64,000 nucleotides of DNA, taken from positions 268,409-332,408 of the forward strand of contig CAVOUW010000001.1 of assembly GCA_963699705.1 (NCBI GenBank), given 5' to 3'. Both the position numbers and the translations under genes were made by a program. A model generated the notes under the pieces. The model made no database searches. It saw only the letters and a list, made by a program, of their open reading frames with translations, and was not told the origin of the DNA. This DNA comes from an uncultured delta proteobacterium. Lineage in GTDB: Bacteria > Desulfobacterota > Binatia > Binatales > Binataceae. Below are positions 43,083 to 51,049 of the stretch, one piece after another (the stretch's first letter is position 1; each line of letters starts with the position of its first letter).

Positions 43083-44447
43083 ATGCGACTGTTACCTTTT
43101 CGAATTGTGGCTGGAACATTGTTGGCGGCAATCCTGTGCGGATTGGCGCCTGCGCGAGCGGCGGTCAAACCCGGCGATGTGATCACCAAGGACAACGCGG
43201 AGAAGGTGGTCGAGCTGCTCAGCCCCGGCAATTACATATTGGTGCGCGAGGGGATGCAGCTGCGGATTGTGCCAAGCGACAAGCTCGAGTGGCCGCCGCC
43301 GTTCAAGACCGCGACCGAGAAGTATTCGCCCCAAGTCCAGCTCCGGCCCGACGGCACGCTCAAGGGTTACACCGCCGGACAGCCGTTTCCGCTGCTCGAT
43401 CCGAACGATCCGCAGATGGCGACCAAGGTGATGTGGAATTTCAGTTACCGGCCGCTTTACAGCGACGATATCGACATGCGCTTCCCCGAGGTTGCCACCT
43501 TCGAAAAGAACGCCACCGGCCAGCCGCTTAGCTATTACACAGTGGGCCACTTTGCGTTCTACAACAATATCGGGCGGATCGAAGTGCCGCCGATACCGAC
43601 CGATCCCGACGGCGTCGCGAGCGGTATCCGTTATCGCTTCGGCTTCTATCCGTTCATGGAACCGTCGTCGTTGCGCGGCTATGGGCTGGTGCGGCAGCGA
43701 CATATCGATCCCAACATCGATGACAATGTGTGGGTGTACAATCCGCAGGTCCGCAAGTTGCGTCGCGAATCGGCGGATGTGCTCTCGGACAGCATCGGGA
43801 CGTTGCCGGGATTCAGCGGCGGTGGTGGCGGAGGCGGCGGAAGCGTCGCGGGCGGGGCCGGAGGCGCGGGCGGAGGCGGCGGATCCAGCCCGTTCGCGAA
43901 CACGCTCGATCCTGATTCGTATTTCGGATTCTCGGCGAAGGTCGAAGATTTCAATTATCGGTTCCTGGGAGAGAGGGAGATGCTCGCGTCGGTGCATGCC
44001 GAGCACTCGCCCGAGGTGCAATGCCCGTACGATGGCGGCAAAACAATTTGCCCCGAGAATTGGGAGATGCGGCATCTTTACGTGATCGAGGCGGATTCGA
44101 AGCCGGGCCGCGATGCGACGATTCCCAAGCGAATCTTCTACATCGACTCGGAAGGATGGTTTATCACCGCGTCGGATCAGTACGATCGCGACGGCAAGCT
44201 GTGGAAGACGATCGCGACCTTCGACACTTATCGCGACCGGCCGGTACCCGACGCAAAAGTCGCCATCTATCCGTACAAGCGGATATTCCAGGTGGGACTG
44301 GTGGACGAAGATCTCCAGACCGGCGCGAGTTCGGTGGTCTACATGCCGGGCACGACCGCGCCCGACCGCGAATGCTGGTATATCGACATGGGCACGGTGG
44401 ACAATTCATTCCTCGCGCCGCAAGCGCTGGAGCGAGCCGGGCACTGA
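43083..44447 (+). CDS. DUF1329-family (LolA-like outer-membrane lipoprotein-sorting fold) secreted protein with internal poly-Gly insert
   Basis: GAGGAG RBS and signal peptide. The N-terminal pattern (G..IT..NAEKV.ELL.PG......G..L.I.P......P) is DUF1329-like. A Gly/Ala/Ser run is encoded at 43818-43883. Confidence 0.7.
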   Translation: MRLLPFRIVAGTLLAAILCGLAPARAAVKPGDVITKDNAEKVVELLSPGNYILVREGMQLRIVPSDKLEWPPPFKTATEKYSPQVQLRPDGTLKGYTAGQPFPLLDPNDPQMATKVMWNFSYRPLYSDDIDMRFPEVATFEKNATGQPLSYYTVGHFAFYNNIGRIEVPPIPTDPDGVASGIRYRFGFYPFMEPSSLRGYGLVRQRHIDPNIDDNVWVYNPQVRKLRRESADVLSDSIGTLPGFSGGGGGGGGSVAGGAGGAGGGGGSSPFANTLDPDSYFGFSAKVEDFNYRFLGEREMLASVHAEHSPEVQCPYDGGKTICPENWEMRHLYVIEADSKPGRDATIPKRIFYIDSEGWFITASDQYDRDGKLWKTIATFDTYRDRPVPDAKVAIYPYKRIFQVGLVDEDLQTGASSVVYMPGTTAPDRECWYIDMGTVDNSFLAPQALERAGH

Positions 44448-44486
44448 TTGGGGATGGCGCTGGAGATGCGAGTGCTGTCGCGACAT

Positions 44487-44514
44487 TTGACGCGCATCAA
44501 TTTGTTTGTACACT
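44487..44514 (+). promoter_or_regulatory. Candidate sigma70 promoter for hicBA (TTGACG-16 nt-TACACT), implying a leaderless or near-leaderless transcript
   Basis: The -35 TTGACG is at 44487-44492 and the -10 TACACT at 44509-44514. ATG 44521 begins 7 nt after the -10. Confidence 0.35.
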
Positions 44515-44520
44515 GAACGC

Positions 44521-44790
44521 ATGCGTAAGGCCCACAAGGAATCGCTCCACGCCACCGCGTACCGTTACACGGTGCTGTTTGAGCGTGCACCCGAAGGCGG
44601 CTACGTCGCCACGGTCCCGGTACTCGGAATCGCCACGCAAGGAGAGAATCTGCGCGACGCTCGGGCCATGGCCCGCGATGCAATCCGCGGACTCATCGAA
44701 TCCTTGGCTCTAGATGGCGAAGAAATTCCGATCGAGCAACCTGCCGCCACGACCGAGCGGCTCGCGGTGAGACTGCTGGCGCGAGCGTGA
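44521..44790 (+). CDS. hicB: Type II antitoxin HicB
   Basis: YRYTVLFERAPEGGYVATVPVLG.ATQGENL.DA...A.DAI matches the HicB fold. It overlaps hicA by 4 nt. The ORF track starts at TTG 44506. Confidence 0.75.
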   Translation: MRKAHKESLHATAYRYTVLFERAPEGGYVATVPVLGIATQGENLRDARAMARDAIRGLIESLALDGEEIPIEQPAATTERLAVRLLARA

Positions 44791-45011
44791 GACTTCCCGC
44801 CCTCAAGGCGCGAGAGGTCATCCGCGTCCTTGAACGGCTTGGGTTCGTGCTTCACCACAGCAGCGGCTCCCATCGCATTTACAAAAATGCCGCAACCGGA
44901 CGCCGCACCGTCATCCCTTTTCATGGGAAGCGCGACCTCAATGTTAAGGTGCTTCGGTCCATTTTGAAGCAAGCCAACCTTGCTGAGGACGAGTTTGTGA
45001 AACTGCTCTAA
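44787..45011 (+). CDS. hicA: Type II toxin HicA (mRNA interferase)
   Basis: K.REVIRVLERLGF......GSH.IY.......T.IPFHG.RDL....LRSILKQA.L matches the HicA signature, including the catalytic GSH. The GTG start lies within a GTGA overlap. Confidence 0.8.
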   Translation: MRLPALKAREVIRVLERLGFVLHHSSGSHRIYKNAATGRRTVIPFHGKRDLNVKVLRSILKQANLAEDEFVKLL

Positions 45012-45037
45012 TTTGGTCGGGTGGCGAGGATCCGGAG

Positions 45038-46693
45038 CTATAGCTGCAGGACGAAGCGGATGTCGCCGAGGCGGACCTGGCTGCCGGAGCTCAGGAAGGC
45101 GGAGCCGTGGATTTGGCGATCGTCAATGTAGCTGCCGTTGGTCGAGTTCAGATCCATCAGCTCGAAGCCGCCGTCGCGGCGCATCAGGCGCGCGTGCTGG
45201 CGCGAGACGCTCGCATGCGGGATGACCACGTCATTGTCCTCGCCGCGGCCTATAGAGATCTCGTCCTTCATCAGCGAGTATTCCGCCGGCACCGGATCGA
45301 TATGATCGACGGCGACCAGCCGCGCTCCTCGCGTATTTCCCGCGCCGCGAGGCGCGGTGATCGGCGATTGCGACGGCCGCGGAGTGGGCGCGCGCTGCAT
45401 AGTGCGAGCGGCTGGCGGAGGCACTGACGCCGACGACGGCATTCGAAGCGAGGGTGCGCCCTGCGCCTCGACGATTGCTTTGAGTTCATCGGCAGGGAGA
45501 CCGAATCTCATTCGCGACAGTCCGAACAACCCCAGGATTGCGATCAACGGCACCGCGCCGTTCCACCAATTAAAGGAGAACTGCTTGAGGCCGGTGCCGG
45601 TGGCGTTTCCGTCGGGCGCGCCGGTGTCCTCGGGCACGTTAATCGCGGCGCCGCCGAGGCCGCGGACCTGGTACGAAGTATCGGCTTCGCCAGACTCGCT
45701 ATTGTAGTCGATCTTCAGTTGGACGCTGCGATTGGTGCCGTCTTCGATCGGCCGGGGCGTGCGATAGGTGAGCGAATATTCAGTCGCGATCGAATGTCCA
45801 ATCTCGCGGACCAGCGATGCGAAGCGCCCCTCCTCGGTGATGATGTTGTACGAACGGCCGTGGGTGGCGTCGACGATTTCCTGGTACTCGGGCGCGATGA
45901 ACGGCGGCGGAACTACTCCGTACAGCGTGAGCCCGTTCTTCTTGAGTTGTTCGGCGACCTTGGTGCCGGTCAAATCCGTCACCTGCTGCCCGCGAGTGTG
46001 ATGATCCCAGAACGCCTGGTCGTGCGCGGAGTCGGCCGAGCCGTCGCCGTCATGATGAGGCGGCGCGTCAGTGACGATAATGATGATGCCTTCGGCCTCG
46101 GGCCTGAACGGAAACTTGGCAGCGTAGGAAAGCGCGTCGAGTTGATCCTCCGGGATATCGCCGCCACCGCCTGCGTGCAGCGTGCCGACCCAGTCGGTGA
46201 ACTGCTTGACGTCCGACGTAAACGAGTTGCGATAAGCGCAATTGCAGTCGGGGTACGCCGACACGACGTAGTCCTCGAACGTCACCAGCCCGAGGCGGTA
46301 GTCGCGGCTGTTGGCCTGAAGGTCCTGGGCAAAGGCGATCACGTTTTGCTTGACGGCGTCGATATAGGGCTGCATCGACTCGGTGACATCGAGCACGAAC
46401 ACGATGTCAACCGGACGGCCCTGTCCGACGCCGCGAAAGTCCAGAATTTTGGCTTCCTTGCCGTCTTCGAAAACCTTCACGTTGTCGGGACGAAGATTGC
46501 CGACCGGATTGCCATTCTGATCGGTCAAACCGAAGTCGAGTTGAACGCCGCCGTCGGTGTCGAAATGCTCGAGGCCGGGATTACCGCTGGTGATTTTCAG
46601 GCTCGCATCCGCAGCCGTTACCCGAAATATGAAACCAAACAGAAGTAAAAGCGTAAACAGACAACGGCCGGCGTTTCGATTCGACGATTTCAT
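45038..46693 (-). CDS. Single-pass membrane protein: extracytoplasmic vWA domain, TM helix, cytoplasmic FHA domain
   Basis: Signal/anchor LFTLLLLFGFIFRVTA. vWA MIDAS-like elements VFVLDVTESM, GGGGDIPEDQLDAL and IIIVTDAPPH. TM helix WWNGAVPLIAILGLFGL, a Pro/Ser/Ala linker, then an FHA domain (ISIGRGEDNDVVI..SVSRQHARL..DLNSTNGSYI). Confidence 0.8.
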   Translation of the reverse strand: MKSSNRNAGRCLFTLLLLFGFIFRVTAADASLKITSGNPGLEHFDTDGGVQLDFGLTDQNGNPVGNLRPDNVKVFEDGKEAKILDFRGVGQGRPVDIVFVLDVTESMQPYIDAVKQNVIAFAQDLQANSRDYRLGLVTFEDYVVSAYPDCNCAYRNSFTSDVKQFTDWVGTLHAGGGGDIPEDQLDALSYAAKFPFRPEAEGIIIIVTDAPPHHDGDGSADSAHDQAFWDHHTRGQQVTDLTGTKVAEQLKKNGLTLYGVVPPPFIAPEYQEIVDATHGRSYNIITEEGRFASLVREIGHSIATEYSLTYRTPRPIEDGTNRSVQLKIDYNSESGEADTSYQVRGLGGAAINVPEDTGAPDGNATGTGLKQFSFNWWNGAVPLIAILGLFGLSRMRFGLPADELKAIVEAQGAPSLRMPSSASVPPPAARTMQRAPTPRPSQSPITAPRGAGNTRGARLVAVDHIDPVPAEYSLMKDEISIGRGEDNDVVIPHASVSRQHARLMRRDGGFELMDLNSTNGSYIDDRQIHGSAFLSSGSQVRLGDIRFVLQL

Positions 46694-46742
46694 CGATGGC
46701 AGTAGTGATTCTCCGGATTGGGAAGCCAGTCAGTCAAGCTCC

Positions 46743-46779
46743 ATGATCAATTTGACGTTCAAATGATCAATCGTATTCT
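46743..46779 (+). promoter_or_regulatory. Candidate sigma70 promoter (TTGACG-16 nt-TATTCT) bracketed by a direct repeat ATGATCAAT x2 (putative operator)
   Basis: Repeats at 46743-46751 and 46763-46771, 20 bp apart centre to centre. The first abuts the -35 (46752-46757) and the second lies in the spacer. The -10 is at 46774-46779. Confidence 0.35.
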
Positions 46780-46842
46780 TGCCTTCGCACACCGGTTAGG
46801 TTATCCCAATCGCTGACCCAATTCTTCATTGATGGATTCCGA

Positions 46843-48933
46843 GTGAAAGATTTTTTTGTGTATCGGACTGTCCGCGGCCTGACTTTACCTCTCATCGTCC
46901 TGATTTGCCTGCTGATGGCCGCTGCCGTTCCTGCGCGGGCCGGTGGGAAGGCGCAAGTCGTAGTGGGATTCGTGGGCTCACCGCCGCCGGGCTTTCAAAA
47001 CGTTCTGCTCAACGTGCAGGCGGTGCGCATCAATTCGAAAAACAACCCCTCTCCAACCGGCGGCGGCTGGCAGAGGATTCCGACTCCTCCCGGAATTGGA
47101 GGCCAGAACCAGAACGCGGAGTTGCAGATCGATCTCAATGCTTCGCAAAACATACCCCAGCTCTTCAACACCGCCGGGGTGAAGCCCAATAAATACCACA
47201 CCGCCGAGTTACTGCTCGATCCGAACAATCCGGGCGTCTTGATTCCAAACTGTCCACAATCCCCGGGCGGCGGCGAGGGTTGCATCCGTTACCCCATCGC
47301 GTTGAATAACGGCAACGTCATATTGGTGAATGACAGCAGCAGCACCGGACTGGTCGCGGCGGGAAAGAACCAGCTTGGGGTGTTGATACTGCAAGTGCAG
47401 GTGATGGTAAACCAGGCGCCGACGACTCCCGGCGGCGCATACCTGGTGACGATCACTTTGACTACGGTCCCGCCTAATTCGGTGCAAGGCATCGTTACGG
47501 GAGGGGTGACTGTCAATTCAAGCGGCACGGCCGGGCCAACCGGGAAAGTCCGTTCCTTGAGAGTGACCGCGGAAGCGATCGGGACCAACACCGCAATCGC
47601 GAATTCGCGAGTGAAAACCGGATCGGGATGTCCACCGGCACCGGGGGGATGCTATACCTTGGCGCTTCCTGCCGCTGGCGGTCAGAATGCGTCGGTAAAT
47701 GGATTCGGAACGCTTTATGATCTAGCGGTGTCGGGAGGGGGAGATATGTACGCCGCAGAGCGGCTGGCGCCGCTCTATCCCGGACAAGCACCGACCAGCA
47801 TCAATTTCACAGTCACCGGACCGCAGATGGTTGGCAGTATCACCGGTAAAGTCACCGATATGTGCAGCGGCAATCCGGTAGTCGGCGCGACGCTGCAGTT
47901 GCTGATACCGCCTCATAGCAACAGCTCGGCTGACTGCATGACGAATCCCGAACAATGCGTGAGCGTCGCGACGGCGAATACCAACAATACCGGCGGTTTC
48001 CCGTTACCGGGGACACTCCTGATTCCTCCGGAATTCGGCAATATTCCAATCCTCCCTAAAGGCACACCATACGTAATGCAGATCACCGCGCCCGGCTACG
48101 ACAACCTGGTCGTACTTGCAAAACCGAGCTCCCAATCCAAAAACAACGGCGGCAGCTGCAGCACCGACGGAGGTACCACGTACAGCAAATGCAATCTGAT
48201 GCTGAACACCGGAACCATCAGCGGAATGATCCCGATCGTGCCGCCGATTTCCGGGCAGACCACGCTGGTCCAGGTCTTTGCCGAGGACACCGGAACCAAC
48301 AACGTGGTGGGCGCCCTGACGATGCCGGTTACTGTCAGCAGTTCGAACCCGGGCACCGTGCTTTTCCCCAAGTTGAACGTTCCTACTTCAGGAACCTTCG
48401 ATCTGTTTGCGACGACGATCGATCTCTACCAGGGCGTGGTTGATCCCTATCAGGGTCACACTATCGCGGTTCTGCCTGGTGTTACGGGGCCGGCATCATG
48501 CAGCAACGTAGCCGTTGCTTTTACGCAAACCATCGATTGCATCGGCCACGGCAGCATCACGGGACAGGTCGCGAACCCCAACCTCGGCACGTCGGTGGTT
48601 TTGTCGAAGGATGGCGTCCAGTTGACCAACAGCATCGTGGAAAATCAGGCGCCGAACATGAGCCCGACCAACAACTATTCCTTTTGCATTCCAGCCGACA
48701 CTTACGACGTGCAAAGGTTTCAGTTGCCTCTGCCTGAGCCAAACGTGACACCGCTTGCGATGCCGACACCGTTACCTGACGGCGCGCTGACGTCGGTTAC
48801 GATTCCACCGGCGCCGCTCGCTGGTGGCCCGAATCCGACTCCGACGCCGGCGATCAAGTGCCCGACCACTTGCTCGAATCCGGACGGGTCATGCCCGGGC
48901 ATCTGCAACAACACGATCGCTCCGATATTGTGA
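46843..48933 (+). CDS. Large secreted beta-rich protein (DUF4382-like N-terminal module, carboxypeptidase-regulatory-like module, Cys-rich C-terminus)
   Basis: GTG start and signal peptide (..LICLLMAAAVPARA/GG). Composition is rich in G/T/P/N/V. Cys residues occur in close pairs throughout (CPQSPGGGEGC, CPPAPGGC, CMTNPEQC, CSTDGGTTYSKC, CPTTCSNPDGSCPGIC). GSITGKVTD..G.PV.GA.L resembles a CarboxypepD_reg fold. Confidence 0.65.
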   Translation: MKDFFVYRTVRGLTLPLIVLICLLMAAAVPARAGGKAQVVVGFVGSPPPGFQNVLLNVQAVRINSKNNPSPTGGGWQRIPTPPGIGGQNQNAELQIDLNASQNIPQLFNTAGVKPNKYHTAELLLDPNNPGVLIPNCPQSPGGGEGCIRYPIALNNGNVILVNDSSSTGLVAAGKNQLGVLILQVQVMVNQAPTTPGGAYLVTITLTTVPPNSVQGIVTGGVTVNSSGTAGPTGKVRSLRVTAEAIGTNTAIANSRVKTGSGCPPAPGGCYTLALPAAGGQNASVNGFGTLYDLAVSGGGDMYAAERLAPLYPGQAPTSINFTVTGPQMVGSITGKVTDMCSGNPVVGATLQLLIPPHSNSSADCMTNPEQCVSVATANTNNTGGFPLPGTLLIPPEFGNIPILPKGTPYVMQITAPGYDNLVVLAKPSSQSKNNGGSCSTDGGTTYSKCNLMLNTGTISGMIPIVPPISGQTTLVQVFAEDTGTNNVVGALTMPVTVSSSNPGTVLFPKLNVPTSGTFDLFATTIDLYQGVVDPYQGHTIAVLPGVTGPASCSNVAVAFTQTIDCIGHGSITGQVANPNLGTSVVLSKDGVQLTNSIVENQAPNMSPTNNYSFCIPADTYDVQRFQLPLPEPNVTPLAMPTPLPDGALTSVTIPPAPLAGGPNPTPTPAIKCPTTCSNPDGSCPGICNNTIAPIL

Positions 48934-48938
48934 TCGCG

Positions 48939-49628
48939 ATGAATCGAGGGACGATGCGGAGTTTGATACGAGTTTTGTCGATAGGCGTGATCGGCGCGGC
49001 GATCGCCGTTTACGTCGCGTCGTGCAACAACCAGACTGGATTTTCCGGCAGCGTCGGCAATACTCCGAACGGCCCGAAGCTGCCGTCGTACCAAATTCTT
49101 GGCACGGTCGGCACCCCGTTCACTGCGACCATATCGGACGACCGCTCGTTCTGGACGTTTCAGGGAAATGCCCCGCTCAGCGTCGTGATCTGCAACCCGC
49201 CTTCGGCGAATGCGCAACTCGTCGTTTCCAAAACAACCGCCGACAGCAGCCTGCTGAGCGCCGAGATCATAACCGGCAATCACATCAAGGACCTCCAATC
49301 GACGACGGCGCCTTTCGGCACCGTACAAGTGCAGATCGGTACGCTGAACTCGGCACCGTCGGCGGCGAGCCCCGATCTCCGAATATTCCTTAGCGGTCCC
49401 CTCAATGTGAAGTACAATGCGCTGGTCGAGGACAGCAACATCGGATTCATTCTCCAGGCACGCGCGCCGACGCTGATTGTCTTCGACACGCCGAACGGAA
49501 AGGTGGACGCGACTTTCTTCGGCGGCACCCGCAATTTCGGCAAATTCACCGCAAATATGACCCTTGACGGAGTAGTGGTGGTACCGACTGTTTCGCGAGG
49601 TCCCAACCTGACCATTCGCCAGCCATGA
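48939..49628 (+). CDS. Hypothetical lipoprotein
   Basis: The ATG lies 5 nt after the upstream stop. Lipobox-like signal ..GAAIAVYVAS/C. No family recognised. Confidence 0.6.
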   Translation: MNRGTMRSLIRVLSIGVIGAAIAVYVASCNNQTGFSGSVGNTPNGPKLPSYQILGTVGTPFTATISDDRSFWTFQGNAPLSVVICNPPSANAQLVVSKTTADSSLLSAEIITGNHIKDLQSTTAPFGTVQVQIGTLNSAPSAASPDLRIFLSGPLNVKYNALVEDSNIGFILQARAPTLIVFDTPNGKVDATFFGGTRNFGKFTANMTLDGVVVVPTVSRGPNLTIRQP

Positions 49629-49799
49629 CTGGCGCCGCAAGTTGAGTCATCGCTCGCGGCGGCCACGAAGTTTAGCGCGCAGGCGGCCTCGATCGTCTCG
49701 CTACGTTTGACAGCTTCCTGTATTCATCATACTTAGCCTCTGAAGCAAGTGAGCGATTCGAAAAACGCATCTGGATCTCCCCGTCCCTGAAATCATCCT

Positions 49800-50960
49800 A
49801 TGAACTCGCAGCTCGTACGCCGGGGACTGTTGGTCGTGGTGATCATTGCGATCGCCGTCGCCGCGCTGCCCGCCTATCACTACTACGGCTACATCGAGAG
49901 CCACGTCAGCACCGACGACGCCTACGTTGACGGCACCGTCGCGCTGGTGTCGTCGCGGGTCGCAGGCACCGTCACCAACGTTTACGTCGAGGACAATTGG
50001 ACGGTGAAGGAAGGGCAGTTGCTGTTGACGCTCGATCCGCGCGACTTCGAGGTCAAGGTCCGGCAGGCGGAGGCTCAGCTCGAGCGCGCCAGGCAATCGG
50101 TGGACGAACTATACGCGGGAGTTCAGGCGGCGCATTCGGGCGTGTCACTGGTACAGTCGCAGCTCAAGCAGGCGAAGATCGATTACGAGCGCGCCAAGTC
50201 GTTGAAGGAACAAGGCGTCGTCTCGGCCCAGCAATACGATCAGGCTAACACTGGACTCCGCATCGCGACCGCCGATGAAGCCCTGGCGGAACATCAACTG
50301 ACCCAGGCCGAGGCTGCGCTCGGGAGCCAAACTGACGACCAGTCGCGCTACGACAGGCCAGTCGTCAAGCAAGCCGAAGCCGCTCTGGAAGCCGCCAAGC
50401 TCGATCTCAGCTATACGAAGATCACGGCGCCGTTCACCGGCGTCGTGACGCACAAGACTGCGCACGTCGGCAACCGCGTGCAGGTCGGAGAGCCTCTGCT
50501 GGCGATCGTCCCGCTCGGCAAACTCTACGTCACCGCGAACTTCAAAGAGACTCAGCTCACCGACGTGCGCGTCGGGCAGAAAGCGGAGATCGTCGCCGAC
50601 ATTTATCCCGGCTACACGTACAAGGGACACGTCGATTCGATCAGCATGGGTACCGGCGCGGCGTTTTCGCTGCTGCCGCCCGAAAATGCGACCGGCAACT
50701 GGGTCAAGGTCGTGCAGCGCGTGCCAGTCAAGATTGTGATCGACGGACCGCGTCCCGAGGACAAGCCATTGCGCCTGGGACTGTCGGTCGAAGTCTCGAT
50801 CGATCTGAGCGATCGCAGCGGCCCGCTGCTCTCCTCGATGGTCCAGCAGCATTTCCAAAAAGACGGCCAGACGCTGCCCAACGAAACCCTCCAGATGGCG
50901 CCCGAAGCGCCTGCGCCCCCAAATCCGGGAACGCAACCTTCGCTACAACCGCCGCACTAG
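49800..50960 (+). CDS. HlyD/EmrA-type membrane fusion (periplasmic adaptor) protein, no transporter partner adjacent
   Basis: N-terminal TM helix, the DDAYV.G....V.S.V.G.V..V.V.DN..V..G..L..LD motif, long coiled coil, beta-barrel domain (ITAPF.G.V), and a Pro-rich tail. Confidence 0.8.
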   Translation: MNSQLVRRGLLVVVIIAIAVAALPAYHYYGYIESHVSTDDAYVDGTVALVSSRVAGTVTNVYVEDNWTVKEGQLLLTLDPRDFEVKVRQAEAQLERARQSVDELYAGVQAAHSGVSLVQSQLKQAKIDYERAKSLKEQGVVSAQQYDQANTGLRIATADEALAEHQLTQAEAALGSQTDDQSRYDRPVVKQAEAALEAAKLDLSYTKITAPFTGVVTHKTAHVGNRVQVGEPLLAIVPLGKLYVTANFKETQLTDVRVGQKAEIVADIYPGYTYKGHVDSISMGTGAAFSLLPPENATGNWVKVVQRVPVKIVIDGPRPEDKPLRLGLSVEVSIDLSDRSGPLLSSMVQQHFQKDGQTLPNETLQMAPEAPAPPNPGTQPSLQPPH

Positions 50961-51049
50961 CACCTTACTCACCTGACACGCGTGTCAGGTCAATTGCACC
51001 CGATTCCCGTGTGTACTACGCTGCGTTCGCGTGGATTCTCCGCCCGCGT

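Noticed and set aside
49707-49735. TTGACA-17 nt-TACTTA as the promoter of the HlyD-type gene
   Set aside because: The -35 is perfect, but the putative -10 matches TATAAT at only two positions. That is too weak to report as a feature.
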